From an uncultured Nitrososphaerota archaeon (GTDB lineage Archaea > Thermoproteota > EX4484-205 > JAAOZP01), in assembly GCA_964416155.1 (NCBI GenBank), contig CAYQCW010000003.1:70318-134317 (forward strand): 64,000 nucleotides of DNA. Direction: 5' to 3'. The position numbers were made by a program, and so were the translations under genes. Below the pieces are notes generated by a model. That model saw nothing but the letters and a program-made list of their open reading frames with translations, did no database searches and had not been told where the DNA came from. Positions 37,859 through 52,907 of this stretch are shown piece by piece. How positions within the stretch are numbered: position 1 is the first letter of the stretch; every line of letters begins with the position of its first letter.

Positions 37859-38380
37859 CTATGTTTCCAGGAGATTCTTCTCCCATAACTCACGGTTAAG
37901 ATCTAAGAAGGAGCCACCCCATTTGAATTTTGAAAGAACATTTAACGCCTGCTCTGGGAAGCCAAGTATGAAGAGGGCTGCAGCCAGCGCTTCCGCACTT
38001 GAGAGAATGTTTAGAGCACCATAGTTGACAGGGTTCGCTGCAAGCAACCTGGGCAGCCTCCTTTGGAATGGTGCTTTAAGAAGGTGGAAGACACTGTTGT
38101 CTGTGGATTTCCAAGAAGTGTCTATAACTGTCACCCCATGTTTAACCGCGACATCCCTGTCTGCCGGTGAAAGCGTGACCAGGGCTTCAGGGTTTAAAAT
38201 TATCGAGCGCTTCGGAACCTGAGATATTTTGGAAACAACCTTAATCATACCATGCTTCTTCAAAACAAGGGTTGTACACTTCCTCGGGTCGTCCGCGTGC
38301 AGATGAAGAGCGTAGAGGCAGGGGGGATGTTGAGAGTAACCCCTTTTCTGTTCGAGACGGGATTCGACTACGCGGCCCAC
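37859..38380 (-). CDS. tsr3: Tsr3 rRNA aminocarboxypropyltransferase (start uncertain, overlaps RNase P RNA)
   Basis: DDPRKCT, LSPAD, IDTSW, RRLPRLLAANPVNYG, LSSAEA, FKWG..FL.LN. Confidence 0.88.
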   Translation of the reverse strand: MGRVVESRLEQKRGYSQHPPCLYALHLHADDPRKCTTLVLKKHGMIKVVSKISQVPKRSIILNPEALVTLSPADRDVAVKHGVTVIDTSWKSTDNSVFHLLKAPFQRRLPRLLAANPVNYGALNILSSAEALAAALFILGFPEQALNVLSKFKWGGSFLDLNRELWEKNLLET

Positions 38381-38625
38381 CTGGCCATCATGCGGGTTAC
38401 TCATCTGGCCTGTTTGGCCTTGCTTGCTGCAGGCTGAGTCCGTTTCACGCCCGCTCCAAGGTTCGTCAGAGTTCTTCATCCACATTCCTCCCAGAGGGGC
38501 TTCGTTTCTGTCTCAGCCTAGGAGTCTCCCCCTGCGCCTCACGACGCTGCAGCACCCGCATCAAGAAGGGAGTTTCCTCAGGTCCTCTTTGAACCCGACA
38601 CCCGTCCTTCAACTTCCCCCCTGCC
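38317..38625 (-). ncRNA. rnpB: RNase P RNA
   Basis: P4 motifs GAGGAAACTCCC and AACAGAAAAGGGGTTA, P1 GGCAGGGGGG/CCCCCCTGCC, P2 GGACGGG/CCCGTCT. Confidence 0.9.
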
Positions 38626-38663
38626 CGAAGCATAGTGTCGAATAACGTTTAAAAATTTTTGGA

Positions 38664-38695
38664 GCGTCGCAGGCAGGTTTTCACCTGTTCCAACA
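38664..38695 (-). other. 3' strand of the 23S pre-rRNA processing stem (BHB); partner at about 41790-41824
   Basis: GCGTCACAGGCAGG-TCAC-AGA-CTGTTCCAAC pairs with GTTGGAACAG-GTGA-AAA-CCTGCCTGCGACGC, a canonical BHB. Confidence 0.85.
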
Positions 38696-38706
38696 AGAGT
38701 GGTTAA

Positions 38707-41782
<3,076 letters not shown>

Positions 41783-41888
41783 CCAACTTCCCGTTGGAAC
41801 AGTCTGTGACCTGCCTGTGACGCGTTCACAGCCCAACATTATTGGGCTCATGCATTCGCCTAAGCGTCAAGCTTAGGGTCATTACAAC

Positions 41889-41923
41889 GATGCTGTTGAA
41901 CATGTTTTAAGGGTCCACCGTCC
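41889..41923 (-). other. 3' strand of the 16S pre-rRNA processing stem (BHB); partner at about 43444-43480
   Basis: GATGCTGTTGAACATG-TAAG-GAA-(A)GTCCACCGTCCA pairs with TGGACGGTGGAC(C)-CTTA-AAA-CATGTTCAACAGCATC. Confidence 0.85.
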
Positions 41924-41929
41924 ATATAC

Positions 41930-43429
<1,500 letters not shown>

Positions 43430-43778
43430 GGGAGTTACGGTCTTGGACGGTGGACTTTCCTTACATGTTCAACAGCATCAGACTCTTTCGAGTCCTCAAG
43501 ATCGTGTATCCACACTTTGAGCCCCCCTATCATACCTGGTGTATACCAGTGTCCCGGGGGCACGCCGTTCCAGTGTGGTCCAAGTATAGTTAACCGGAAG
43601 CTTATTTAAGCCTTTCTAACAAGCTAACGACCGTTTAAAAAGGCGTGAGGAACCGTGTTGGGAAGACCCCCTCTTAACACCGTATTCTCCAGTGGAAAAC
43701 AAAGAGGATGGTGACTGCAGGCTTCACGCAATCCATCAATGCTTAGGCTTAAGTATGCCCGCCGGTCACCACCGCTTT

Positions 43779-44693
43779 ATGAAGATTCGAACAGTGTTGG
43801 GAGACATTCCCCCTGAGGAGTTTGGGCTAGCACTGGTGCATGAGCACATACTCTGTGATTTCATCGGAGCAGATAAGGTCAGCAGGAGCCGCTACGACCC
43901 GCAGGAAGTCTTCAACGTCATGCTACCGTACTTGAACGAGATTAAGCAGCTGGGCGTATCCGGCTTCGTAGACTGTACGCCCGCGTTCATCGGAAGAGAC
44001 CCGCATTTGCTCACCAGACTTTCGAAAGCCTCGGGAATCCATATTTTAACCAACACGGGCCTGTATAAGGAGCCTTTCCTCCCCAAGTATGCTTTCGAAT
44101 ACTCTGTTGAACAGTTGGCCAGCATGTGGGTCAGCGAGATCGAGCGGGGGATTGAAGAAACACCTGTTAAAGCAGGCTTCGTGAAGATTGCCGTGAACCC
44201 GGGCCGCATAATCCCGATTCAGCGGAAAATCGCGAAAGCCGCTGCAAGATGCAGCCTGTCCACCGGAGCTGCAATAGTCTGCCACACTGCCAGCGGCGTG
44301 GCGGCGAGGGATCTTTTGAACATAGCCGGCGAAGAAGGTCTTGACCCCGCTAGGGTGATAGTCGCGCACTGCGATTCCGAGGAGGATTGGAATTATCATC
44401 TTGAAATACTTAGGCGGGGCGCGTGGGTTGAATACGATGGTATTAGTGAAGCCACGTCTGTGAAAGTTTTGAACATGATACGGCTAGTTGTTGAGAATGG
44501 TTTCAGCAACAGGCTTCTCCTTTCTCAGGACGCAGGATGGTATAACGTTGGCGAGAACAAGGGAGGCAACATCCGACCTTACAGCTACTTGGTGAAGCAT
44601 TTCATCCCACTCATGCTGAAGGAAGGGTTCAACCGAAGTCTGGTTGACGAGGTTTTAGTCAAGAATCCGGCTCAAGCATTTCAGATAATATAG
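43779..44693 (+). CDS. Phosphotriesterase-like amidohydrolase
   Basis: MKIRTVLG..LVHEHI, VDCTP..GRD, GFVKIA, IVCHT, IVAHCD, LLLSQDAG. Confidence 0.88.
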   Translation: MKIRTVLGDIPPEEFGLALVHEHILCDFIGADKVSRSRYDPQEVFNVMLPYLNEIKQLGVSGFVDCTPAFIGRDPHLLTRLSKASGIHILTNTGLYKEPFLPKYAFEYSVEQLASMWVSEIERGIEETPVKAGFVKIAVNPGRIIPIQRKIAKAAARCSLSTGAAIVCHTASGVAARDLLNIAGEEGLDPARVIVAHCDSEEDWNYHLEILRRGAWVEYDGISEATSVKVLNMIRLVVENGFSNRLLLSQDAGWYNVGENKGGNIRPYSYLVKHFIPLMLKEGFNRSLVDEVLVKNPAQAFQII

Positions 44694-44770
44694 TGAAGAA
44701 ACGGACCGGGAGGATTCAACACGAGTTTCCAGTGGATTCCTTATACCGGCGCCAGATAATTTCTGAGAGA

Positions 44771-44857
44771 TGGACCGGGAGGGACTCGAACCCTCGACCC
44801 TTCGGGGTCGCCCATTCCGAGTGCAAGTCGGACATTCTACCACTGAACTACCGGCCC
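44771..44857 (-). tRNA. tRNA-Ala(TGC) with 15-nt BHB intron at 44/45 (44800-44814)
   Basis: Identical to 9118-9204 except at the wobble base. Confidence 0.93.
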
Positions 44858-44981
44858 GGCGAATAGTTTCCAACCACGATATATAATTTTTTCCCTTCCT
44901 CCACGGTTACTAGCGGAGGCAGAGTAGTGAAAAGTTTAAAACGCCGCAAAAAGTTGTTTAAACGGGGCTCTTCCAAAAAAT

Positions 44982-45055
44982 GGCCGCTGTAGCGTAATCA
45001 GGCAGCGCGGTGGCCTGTGGAGCCACTTGTCCGAGTTCGAATCTCGGCAGCGGCC
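44982..45055 (+). tRNA. tRNA-His(GTG) with encoded G-1, intron-less
   Basis: G-GCCGCTG/CAGCGGC-C acceptor and GTGGC-CT GTG GA-GCCAC. Confidence 0.95.
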
Positions 45056-45189
45056 CTCGACCAATTCACCAGTACCTGGAAACAGATACCCGGGTAAACA
45101 TTCGGAATATGGGAGGTAAATTGAAGATTTTTAACGAAAAAGGCGACAACACGCTAAGACTAATGCACTGTTTTGAAATGTTTAACCCT

Positions 45190-45432
45190 AGGCTTAAAGC
45201 TTCCTATCTAATCTATAAACCTTTCATACTCTTCATTTGGAATTGAAAAACAGTAAGTTATGTACTCTAATTTCCCATCTTCCTTAATTTCATTAGGATG
45301 AAAAACCAGATTCATGAAAATTTGACGTAAACCTTCCAAACCCTCTTTGCATTTTGAGTAAATTCGTATTTGAAGTTCTCCTTCGAGATCCATAGAAACG
45401 CATCCATCTCCGGAGAAGAAGCCTCCTTTCAT
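45190..45432 (-). pseudogene. LAGLIDADG endonuclease-like remnant (second motif and C-terminus)
   Basis: GGFFSGDGCVS...IRIYSKCKEGLEGLRQIF resembles the remnant at 22610-23317 (GFFSGDGSVA...HSSRKEGLEEL). Confidence 0.6.
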
Positions 45433-45842
45433 ACTGCTTTACTGCTGAGCCTCCGCCCATTATTTACCTTCTCCGTCGCGGTCTGCTCAGATCCAGAAGG
45501 TTGTGAACAGTCAATATCTTGATCGCATGCTTCTTATCCTCAAGCCAGAGATCTATGATGTAGCGCGCGCTACTTGCACGGTAGAAGGCCTATCCTTACC
45601 TCCAATCGGGCAATACGGTCTAAGTCTATAAAAAGACTTGGTAAGTCATCCCGGTGTAGGAAGTACCCTTAATACACTTATCCACCAGGCAAGTTTTCAA
45701 TAACACAGCTGATGCACGGTTTCTTGAAGTAGGTGCAAACTCCACAATTAAACCCGCATGTACCTCTTAAAACACTGACTTCTGCATCTCAATTTAAGCC
45801 GGTATGTCCAACAAGCTCAAATACTTTAAATCCTATTTAGAA

Positions 45843-45933
45843 AGCCTCGGGAGGGATTTGAACCCTCGCCTAACAGCTTTCTCAGCCTTTCCACTTACAA
45901 GGCTGCCACTCTACCAGGCTGAGTTACCGAGGC
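45843..45933 (-). tRNA. tRNA-Thr(TGT) with 17-nt canonical 37/38 intron (45879-45895)
   Basis: GCCTCGG/CCGAGGCT acceptor and GCAGC-CT TGT A|intron|A-GCTGT. Confidence 0.93.
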
Positions 45934-46088
45934 TCGCCAGCATTCTTCGGAAAAGGGGCTTAAAACGTTTTCGCCGAAAAACGTTTTCTAAGGTTTGACT
46001 GTTTTGGCCAAGGGTTTAAGCTGAGCCAGCCGGCAAGAAGTAGACACATAAGGATCTTAAGAATATAAAAGATCAAAAGGCGAGGAGG

Positions 46089-46736
46089 ATGAAAGGAGCT
46101 AGGGTTTGGAGGTGGGGTGACGACCCGGAATTAGCTGGGAAGAATGCTCAAACCTATTTAAACAGAAGATGGAGAAGCGCGACGGAAGAATGTTCTATCG
46201 CAATAGACGGTAGGAATGAAAACATATTGTTAGGAATTGTTGTATACATGAGTAAACCCAAAAGACGTAGAAGAACTGGTTACTAACCTCTTCGATACCG
46301 TATCAGCTAAGGTGGACAAGATATACTTCGTTACCGTTAATCTGTATGATCGTTTAGATTCAGTCGAGAGAACATATAGACATAGCCTGTCATTTGTGAA
46401 AGAAGCCTATGAAAAAAGGGAGCAAAATCTCATTCAGAAATTTAAGAATCATCCGAAGGTAAAACCTCTACTCGAAGGAGAGAAGACTCTGGTAATAACC
46501 TCAGCCACCTCAGCATTCTGCGAACTAGAATCGGAGCGTTCAATAAAGTAATTATGTGGCCGGGCAATTGTGACCTCAATTCTCTTTTGAATTACGTTCA
46601 CTTCCTTTCTGATCGGCTAATTGAACGTAAGATTGCTACCCGCATCACAGGATATTATTTGGAGAATAATACTGAAAAATTAACGATTGAAGACTTGTAT
46701 ACTAGGGGGAAAGATGTTTTCCTATGGCTAGCTTGA
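46089..46736 (+). pseudogene. Fragmented AT-rich gene of unknown function between two tRNA-Thr genes
   Basis: Three closely spaced short ORFs (46089-46286, 46312-46551, 46554-46736) in shifting frames, with atypical composition. Confidence 0.4.
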
Positions 46737-46774
46737 CACATGCATTGGACAATCACGTTTTTCAGCTTAAAATA

Positions 46775-46865
46775 AGCCCCAGGTGGGCTTCGAACCCACG
46801 GCCTCCTCCATCAGCGCTTTCAGCATTACCAAGGAGGCGCTCTAACCAGGCTGAGCTACTGGGGC
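46775..46865 (-). tRNA. tRNA-Thr(GGT) with 16-nt intron (46810-46825), most likely 38/39
   Basis: GCCCCAG/CTGGGGCT acceptor and CCTCC-TT GGT AA|TGCTGAAAGCGCTGAT|GGAGG. Confidence 0.92.
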
Positions 46866-47069
46866 TGTACTACTCCTGCTTTAAGGCTGTTTTAAGCTTT
46901 TTTGAAGTAAGCTTCTCGTCTCGTTTAAACCGTGGCCGAGTGCTGATTGCTGGACAGGCTGTTTCGAAAAACTGGTGTTGCAGCGTTTTTTCAGGAATTT
47001 TTCTGAATAAACTAGTAAAGAAGATTGTATTGAAACCATTATAAAAAGCCATATAAGTCAGTCCCTGCA

Positions 47070-47471
47070 ATGGAAATGATGCTAAAGATGCTTGTACAAG
47101 ATGTCAAGGGCGAGGAGTCCGAAACCCTTGTTTCCGAGGTTCTTGAAATAATGGGTATGATGAAAACCATTAGAAGAAGGATTGACGAGTTGAAAAACGA
47201 TGGGAATAGTGATCCCGATGCGGGTGTTAAGCTGAAGAACCTTCTTCAAACGCTAAGGCTTGAAATGGTTAAAAGGGTGATTCTTCTCGCGCAGAAACAC
47301 GGCATAGGATTTAAGCCTCCGGCGGCCCCTGCTCTTTTAAACGGTGGCAGCAAGCACGCTTCCAAGGAGCCTGACTTCATTCTAAACGACTTGTCGAGGC
47401 TTGAAGAGGAGTTGAACAGGGCTTACCGTGTCGCTAGGGAAACCCTGAGCAACCTGAGCCGGCTGGTTTGA
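47070..47471 (+). CDS. Hypothetical helical protein
   Basis: 133-aa ORF upstream of and co-oriented with rpiA. Confidence 0.55.
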   Translation: MEMMLKMLVQDVKGEESETLVSEVLEIMGMMKTIRRRIDELKNDGNSDPDAGVKLKNLLQTLRLEMVKRVILLAQKHGIGFKPPAAPALLNGGSKHASKEPDFILNDLSRLEEELNRAYRVARETLSNLSRLV

Positions 47472-47475
47472 AGAG

Positions 47476-48189
47476 ATGACAGGAAGCCTCGACGATCTGA
47501 GGAGACTGGCAGCTGAGAAGGCTCTGACCCATGTTGAATCCGGGATGATTATTGGTCTTGGCTCTGGAAGCACGATGAGAGATGCTTTCCTGCCTCTGCT
47601 GGCTGAGAGAATCAGGATGGGCGTTATTAGAGATGTTTGCCTTGTCCCGTCTTCTCGCCAGATAGAGTTTAAGATTTTCGAGGAGGGTTTGGAAGCCACC
47701 AGCTTCAACCAGATAGACTATGTGGATGTTACCATAGATAGTGCAGACCTTGTTGAAAGAGAATCGTTGACTGCGATAAAAGGCGGGGGAGGCGCCCTGC
47801 TTCTCGAGAAGGTTCTGAGCTCAGTTTCTAAGAAGATAGTTTTGATTCTGGATGAGAGGAAGATTGTTGAGAGGGTTCCGCCGGGATTCCCAATACCGGT
47901 GGAGGTTCTTCAAAACTTGGTTCTTCTGGTTAAAAAGAGGGTTGAAAAGGCTCTTGGAGTAAGCGTTAGAATTAGGACGGGAAGCGGTAAGGCTGGACCC
48001 GTAATAACAGATTCTGGGAACGCTATTATCGACGTTCCCCTGCCTGAAAACCGTAGTCTCGACTGGCTGGACTATTTCTTCCGTAATACGCCGGGGATTC
48101 TGGAAAACGGTATCTTTAAAGGCCTCGTAAGCTATGCTTATGTAGGTACGAGCAGCGGAGTATTAGAATTGGAGGGGAGAAGACAGTAA
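47476..48189 (+). CDS. rpiA: Ribose-5-phosphate isomerase A
   Basis: IGLGSGST, IDSAD, IKGGGGALLLEK, PIPVEV, GPVITDSGN. Confidence 0.93.
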   Translation: MTGSLDDLRRLAAEKALTHVESGMIIGLGSGSTMRDAFLPLLAERIRMGVIRDVCLVPSSRQIEFKIFEEGLEATSFNQIDYVDVTIDSADLVERESLTAIKGGGGALLLEKVLSSVSKKIVLILDERKIVERVPPGFPIPVEVLQNLVLLVKKRVEKALGVSVRIRTGSGKAGPVITDSGNAIIDVPLPENRSLDWLDYFFRNTPGILENGIFKGLVSYAYVGTSSGVLELEGRRQ

Positions 48190-48191
48190 AG

Positions 48192-48908
48192 ATGGAGCCC
48201 GCAGGCAGCATGGAGAGAGTGAAGCTTCTACTCAGAGAGTCGTTGACCGACATAGAGCTAGTGTCTTACGACCTTGAGAAGATCGTTAGGAACCTGAGGA
48301 GGAAGGACGGCGAATACCTTGAGAAGATAAGTCTTCTTCTCGAAAAGAATGATCATGACAGGGCTAAAGCCTATGCTGAGGAGATAGCTATGCTGAGAAG
48401 GGTTGCTAAGCTTATCTACCAGTCCAGCCTGCTCGTGTTAACCATTAAGCTCAGGCTTGAAACAATGGTTGAGTCTGAGGAGCTGTACGGCATGCTCCCG
48501 CAGCTGGCGAGGCTGCTCTCCAGGATAAGTGAGACACGTCCCCTGCCGAATCTTGAGAAGGAGTTCGTCGGAGTCAAGGCTAAGCTTGAGGAAGCAGCCT
48601 CAATAATAACTAGGACGACAGACATCAGGGCGGAAGCCGTTGACGTTGAGGTGGAGAGAGTCATCAAGGAGGCTGAGAGACTTGCCCTGTTGAAGTTTGA
48701 AACAACATTTCCAAAGGTTCCTGGCCACGATCTCAGGGAGGAGGCGAAGCAAAGGGTTTTAGAATATCTTAAGGCGAATACGGATTCCTTCGACATAGAG
48801 AAGTGTGCAAAGGACCTTTCGATGGGAAAGAATGAGGTTGAAAGCCTTTTGAACGAGCTCATTAAGGAGAAGAAGGTTGTTGTAAAACGTGAGGAGGAGC
48901 TTGTTTAA
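48192..48908 (+). CDS. cdvB: ESCRT-III (CdvB-like) with C-terminal winged helix
   Basis: Snf7 core RAKAYAEEIAMLRR..LRLET and a C-terminal wH (VLEYLKAN..FDIEKCAKDLSM..EVESLLNEL). Confidence 0.75.
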   Translation: MEPAGSMERVKLLLRESLTDIELVSYDLEKIVRNLRRKDGEYLEKISLLLEKNDHDRAKAYAEEIAMLRRVAKLIYQSSLLVLTIKLRLETMVESEELYGMLPQLARLLSRISETRPLPNLEKEFVGVKAKLEEAASIITRTTDIRAEAVDVEVERVIKEAERLALLKFETTFPKVPGHDLREEAKQRVLEYLKANTDSFDIEKCAKDLSMGKNEVESLLNELIKEKKVVVKREEELV

Positions 48909-50083
48909 GCGGAACCCCTTTCCTTTCTCCATTCTTCCATTTTAGCCAGGCTCTCCCTGCTTATGCTGCTGCCCCTGTTTTTAATTGCTTTAACAAGGTC
49001 CTCCAAGCTAACGGGCCTAGGGTCGCCCTTCATCGGGTCGCCCTGTTCAAAGAATTCTTCAATCGTCATTTTGAAAGCATCTTTACATATGTTTTCAATA
49101 TCGTGAGCAGAATATCCTTCTGTTAAACGCGCCAGCTCATCGTAGTATATTGGCGACTTAAGGCTGAGCTTAGATGTGAAATACATGAAGAGCTTTTTCC
49201 TAGCCGTAATATCTGGAGGAGGCACGTAAAGGCGTTCCTCAAACCTTCTGAGGAAGGAGTCTGGCAGGAGCCACGGGTTGTTCGTCGCCGCTATCACGTA
49301 GACATGTTCCACACGACCCTTGCTTGTAAGACCATCCATCTCCTGCTGGAGTTGCAGTCTAGCTCTTGACTCTCCTCCTGTTTCATAAATATGGGTTCCG
49401 ACGATGCTTTCAACTTCATCTATGAAAAGTATGGCAGGCTCGCTGGAGCTGCTGTTCCTCCTAGCGTGTTCGAAAAGTTTAGCTATGTTCTTCTCCGACT
49501 CTCCCAGCCATTTAGAAAGTACTGAAGATGCTTTAACTAAGTAGAAGGTAGCTCTGATGCTGTTAGCCAGAGCTGCTGCCAAGAGTGTTTTTCCACATCC
49601 CGGGGGCCCGTAGAAAAGAATCCCTGTGGACCAAGGTAGCTTATATACATCTGGGCGGATAGTTGGGAAAATCACATTGACGTATAGTTTCTTCTTAGCA
49701 TCCTCTAGGTCTATGATATCCTCCCACCTGACAGAAGGCTTCTCTATCAGGACGACGTCTTGAAGCCACTTGTCCTCCCCCTCTTTGGTCTCGGTTTTAT
49801 TGATGTAAACAACCTCCTCCTTTCTCTTCATAAATCCTTCAAGCTTTTCAACTCTTTTCTGATACTCCCTTATCCGATCTAGATAGACCCTTTTCATACT
49901 ATCATTATCGGTCAACGTGTAAAGCTGCATGAGTATTTCAATAGTCTCCCTGTAGAGCTTCAGGGCAGACTTGTAGTCCCCCTGACTGTCCATTGTAACT
50001 GCCTCATGTGCCTTTCTTATCGCAGTTTTCTCAAGCTCGCTCCGCCAGCCCAAGCTGGACACTTCCACTCTGCTTGACACCAA
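48905..50083 (-). CDS. cdvC: Vps4/CdvC AAA ATPase with MIT domain
   Basis: MIT (AHEAVTMDSQGDYKSALKLY), GPPGCGKT, SKWLGESEK, FIDEVE, ATNNPW, RRFEERLYVPPPD. Confidence 0.88.
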   Translation of the reverse strand: MVSSRVEVSSLGWRSELEKTAIRKAHEAVTMDSQGDYKSALKLYRETIEILMQLYTLTDNDSMKRVYLDRIREYQKRVEKLEGFMKRKEEVVYINKTETKEGEDKWLQDVVLIEKPSVRWEDIIDLEDAKKKLYVNVIFPTIRPDVYKLPWSTGILFYGPPGCGKTLLAAALANSIRATFYLVKASSVLSKWLGESEKNIAKLFEHARRNSSSSEPAILFIDEVESIVGTHIYETGGESRARLQLQQEMDGLTSKGRVEHVYVIAATNNPWLLPDSFLRRFEERLYVPPPDITARKKLFMYFTSKLSLKSPIYYDELARLTEGYSAHDIENICKDAFKMTIEEFFEQGDPMKGDPRPVSLEDLVKAIKNRGSSISRESLAKMEEWRKERGSA

Positions 50084-50170
50084 TAAAGGATTCCTATTAA
50101 GTTTTATCTACCTTAAAGTAAAGATTTATTACATCACTAAAAATATTTAAGTCACGACATAAGGCGGATA

Positions 50171-50794
50171 GTGATAAAGATGAGCCCGTTATTCGGCAGG
50201 AAGCCTCAACCGCCCCCGCAACCAGCGGACCAACATGCGTTTCAAGACGCATTGAGGGAAGCAGTCGCGATGCTTAAGATTCAGGAGCAGAACCTCGACA
50301 GGATATACCACAGGATCAAGATGAGGGACGAGCAGCTTTTCAAAGAAGTTGAGAAGGCTCTTGTTGAGCGAGACAATTCCCGCGCCCAAGTTTATGCGAA
50401 CGAAGTTGCCCAAGTAAGGAAGATGGGTAAGATAATTCTGAGCAACAGGCTTGCTCTTGAAAGAGTAATACTTAGGCTTGAGGACACGATAGACTTTAAA
50501 GAGACTCTGAAGATCCTTGGACCGGTTGTTAACGTAGTAAACAGGGTTGGAAACGAGATAAGGAATGTTGCACCACAGGTTGCCGACAGCCTCAGGCAGG
50601 TTGAAGACATGATGAACAGAGTGCTTATACAGGCTGGCGAGGTCACAGGCTACGAGACATATATTGCGCCTGACAGCGAGGCAGACCAGATTCTGAAGGA
50701 AGCATCAATCCTAGCTTCACAAAAAATGAAAACCAGTTTCCCGGAGATACCGCAGTCTGTTAGGCAGCAGATAGAGGAAGCAGGCACCCAATAG
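50171..50794 (+). CDS. ESCRT-III / Snf7-family protein (CdvB paralog)
   Basis: RAQVYANEVAQVRKM..ALERVILRLE and EADQILKEA. Confidence 0.85.
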   Translation: MIKMSPLFGRKPQPPPQPADQHAFQDALREAVAMLKIQEQNLDRIYHRIKMRDEQLFKEVEKALVERDNSRAQVYANEVAQVRKMGKIILSNRLALERVILRLEDTIDFKETLKILGPVVNVVNRVGNEIRNVAPQVADSLRQVEDMMNRVLIQAGEVTGYETYIAPDSEADQILKEASILASQKMKTSFPEIPQSVRQQIEEAGTQ

Positions 50795-50880
50795 AACTAA
50801 ACGTTTCATCAAACCGTAGGTAGAAGAATAGTTCCGAGTAGTATCCCATGTAAGCCTTAACCCTAAATGTTTATCCGTTT

Positions 50881-51711
50881 TTAGCCATCATAAATGCTTA
50901 GATTTCTGCGTGTTGTTGCAGCCTTCAGTTTCTCTGCAAGCATTGATATCTTGTTTATGAATACGGTGGGATTATTCAAGTTGTTTTCAATGATTTTCAC
51001 AAAGGCGCTGCCTACAATCGCTCCTTCTGCACCACAGGCTATTACAGAACTCACGTGCTCAGGCCTAGAGATTCCAAAACCCACTGCTAATGGAACAGCT
51101 TTAAACGTATATGGGCGAATTCTCTTTATAGTACTGGTGGTAAGCTGAGCTACCTGTTCTCTTGCTCCTGTAACACCGAAGACTGAGACGAGATATAGGA
51201 AGCCTGAGGTGAAGCCCAAAATATCCGTAAGCCTATTTATTGGTGTAGATGGTGTTGCAAGGAATATCGTGTCCACCCCCTGTTTTTCAGCAGCCTCCCT
51301 GTACTCCTTTGCCTCCTCAATAGGCAGATCAACTACAATAAGCCCGTCAACCCCATGTTTGCTAGCTTTCTCCAGAAAGTTTTTCACGCCCATTTTGAAC
51401 AGTATATTATAATAGGTCAATAGTACAATGGGTGCATCAATCTTCTTCTTAGTCGCTTCAACAATATCAAATATCATGTAGGGTGTTGTACCTGCGTTGA
51501 GGGCACGATTATTCGCAGCCTGAATAGTCGGCCCGTCTGCTATAGGATCTGAGAAAGGTATACCTATTTCAACAATGTCTGCCCCACCTTTAACCAGTGC
51601 TTCAACAATCCTAGAAGTATATTTCGGTAATGGATCTCCTCCTGTAACGTAGGCTATGAGAGCCCCTTCATCACGTTTCTTCAATTCCCGGAAGACTACA
51701 TCTATACTCAT
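50881..51711 (-). CDS. trpA: Tryptophan synthase alpha
   Basis: [29 protein letters not shown]. Confidence 0.96.
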   Translation of the reverse strand: MSIDVVFRELKKRDEGALIAYVTGGDPLPKYTSRIVEALVKGGADIVEIGIPFSDPIADGPTIQAANNRALNAGTTPYMIFDIVEATKKKIDAPIVLLTYYNILFKMGVKNFLEKASKHGVDGLIVVDLPIEEAKEYREAAEKQGVDTIFLATPSTPINRLTDILGFTSGFLYLVSVFGVTGAREQVAQLTTSTIKRIRPYTFKAVPLAVGFGISRPEHVSSVIACGAEGAIVGSAFVKIIENNLNNPTVFINKISMLAEKLKAATTRRNLSIYDG

Positions 51712-52907
51712 GTCTTCAACCCCACTTTATCAATAACAACCTCCATGTCCTTGTCTCCTCTTCCAGACAGGTTTACCACCAAGATCTTATTCCTCCCCAT
51801 TTTCCCAGCTATTTTCTTAACGTAGGCTAGTGCGTGACAAGGCTCCAGCGCAGGAATAATACCCTCTGTCCTGGATAACTCGATAAAAGCCTCCAAAGCC
51901 TCTTCATCCCTAACCGCATCATACTTGACTCGCCCACTACTCTTAAGAAAACTGTGTTCAGGCCCAACTCCAGGATAGTCTAATCCTGCAGAGACACTGT
52001 GCGTAGACAGAATCTGACCATGCTCATCCTGCAGAACATATGAAAGCATCCCATGAAACACTCCCTCAGACCCAGCGGTAAGCGATGCAGCATGTTTCCC
52101 TGATTCAATACCCTCGCCAGCTGCTTCAACACCATACAGCTCAATTTCCTCATCCCTCAAGAAAGGGTAGAAGGCTCCAATAGCATTACTCCCGCCTCCT
52201 ACGCAAGCCACTATAGCGTCGGGAAGCCTTCCCTCAAGCTCGATCATCTGCTTCCTTATCTCCTGCCCAATAATGCTTTGAAAGTCTCTGACGAGCATAG
52301 GATATGGGTGCGGCCCTACAACTGATCCTATGAGATAATATGTTGTCTGAACATTTGTCACCCAGTCTCTTAAAGCCTCGTTTATAGCATCCTTCAAGGT
52401 TTTCGAGCCAGAATCAACTGGATGAACCTCTGCACCGAGCAGCCTCATTCTGAAAACGTTCAGCCGCTGTCTCTCCATATCCTCCGCGCCCATGTAGACC
52501 TCCGCCTTCAGACCCAGTGCTGCACAAGCCATCGCTGTTGCCACGCCATGCTGGCCAGCTCCAGTTTCAGCAATCACCCTCCTCTTACCCATTTTCTTGG
52601 CAAGCAGGCCCTGGCCTATAGTGTTGTTTATCTTATGTGCTCCACCGTGGGCAAGATCCTCCCTTTTAAGATAAATCTTTGGCCCACCAAGCTTTTCAGT
52701 CAGGTTTGCAGCATAGTAGAGGGGAGTCGGCCTGCCCGCAAACCTTTCAAGATAATAGTTTAACTCTCTTTTAAACCCCGGGTCATCCTTAAGCTTCAGG
52801 TAAGCCTCCTCCAGTTCTTCGAGTGCAGACATAAGGGTCTCAGGAACAAACCTTCCACCATAGCGTCCGAATTTACCCTTCTCAGGATAAGCCTTCAAAT
52901 TGCTCAT
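51708..52907 (-). CDS. trpB: Tryptophan synthase beta (TrpB1 type)
   Basis: [52 protein letters not shown]. Confidence 0.97.
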   Translation of the reverse strand: MSNLKAYPEKGKFGRYGGRFVPETLMSALEELEEAYLKLKDDPGFKRELNYYLERFAGRPTPLYYAANLTEKLGGPKIYLKREDLAHGGAHKINNTIGQGLLAKKMGKRRVIAETGAGQHGVATAMACAALGLKAEVYMGAEDMERQRLNVFRMRLLGAEVHPVDSGSKTLKDAINEALRDWVTNVQTTYYLIGSVVGPHPYPMLVRDFQSIIGQEIRKQMIELEGRLPDAIVACVGGGSNAIGAFYPFLRDEEIELYGVEAAGEGIESGKHAASLTAGSEGVFHGMLSYVLQDEHGQILSTHSVSAGLDYPGVGPEHSFLKSSGRVKYDAVRDEEALEAFIELSRTEGIIPALEPCHALAYVKKIAGKMGRNKILVVNLSGRGDKDMEVVIDKVGLKT

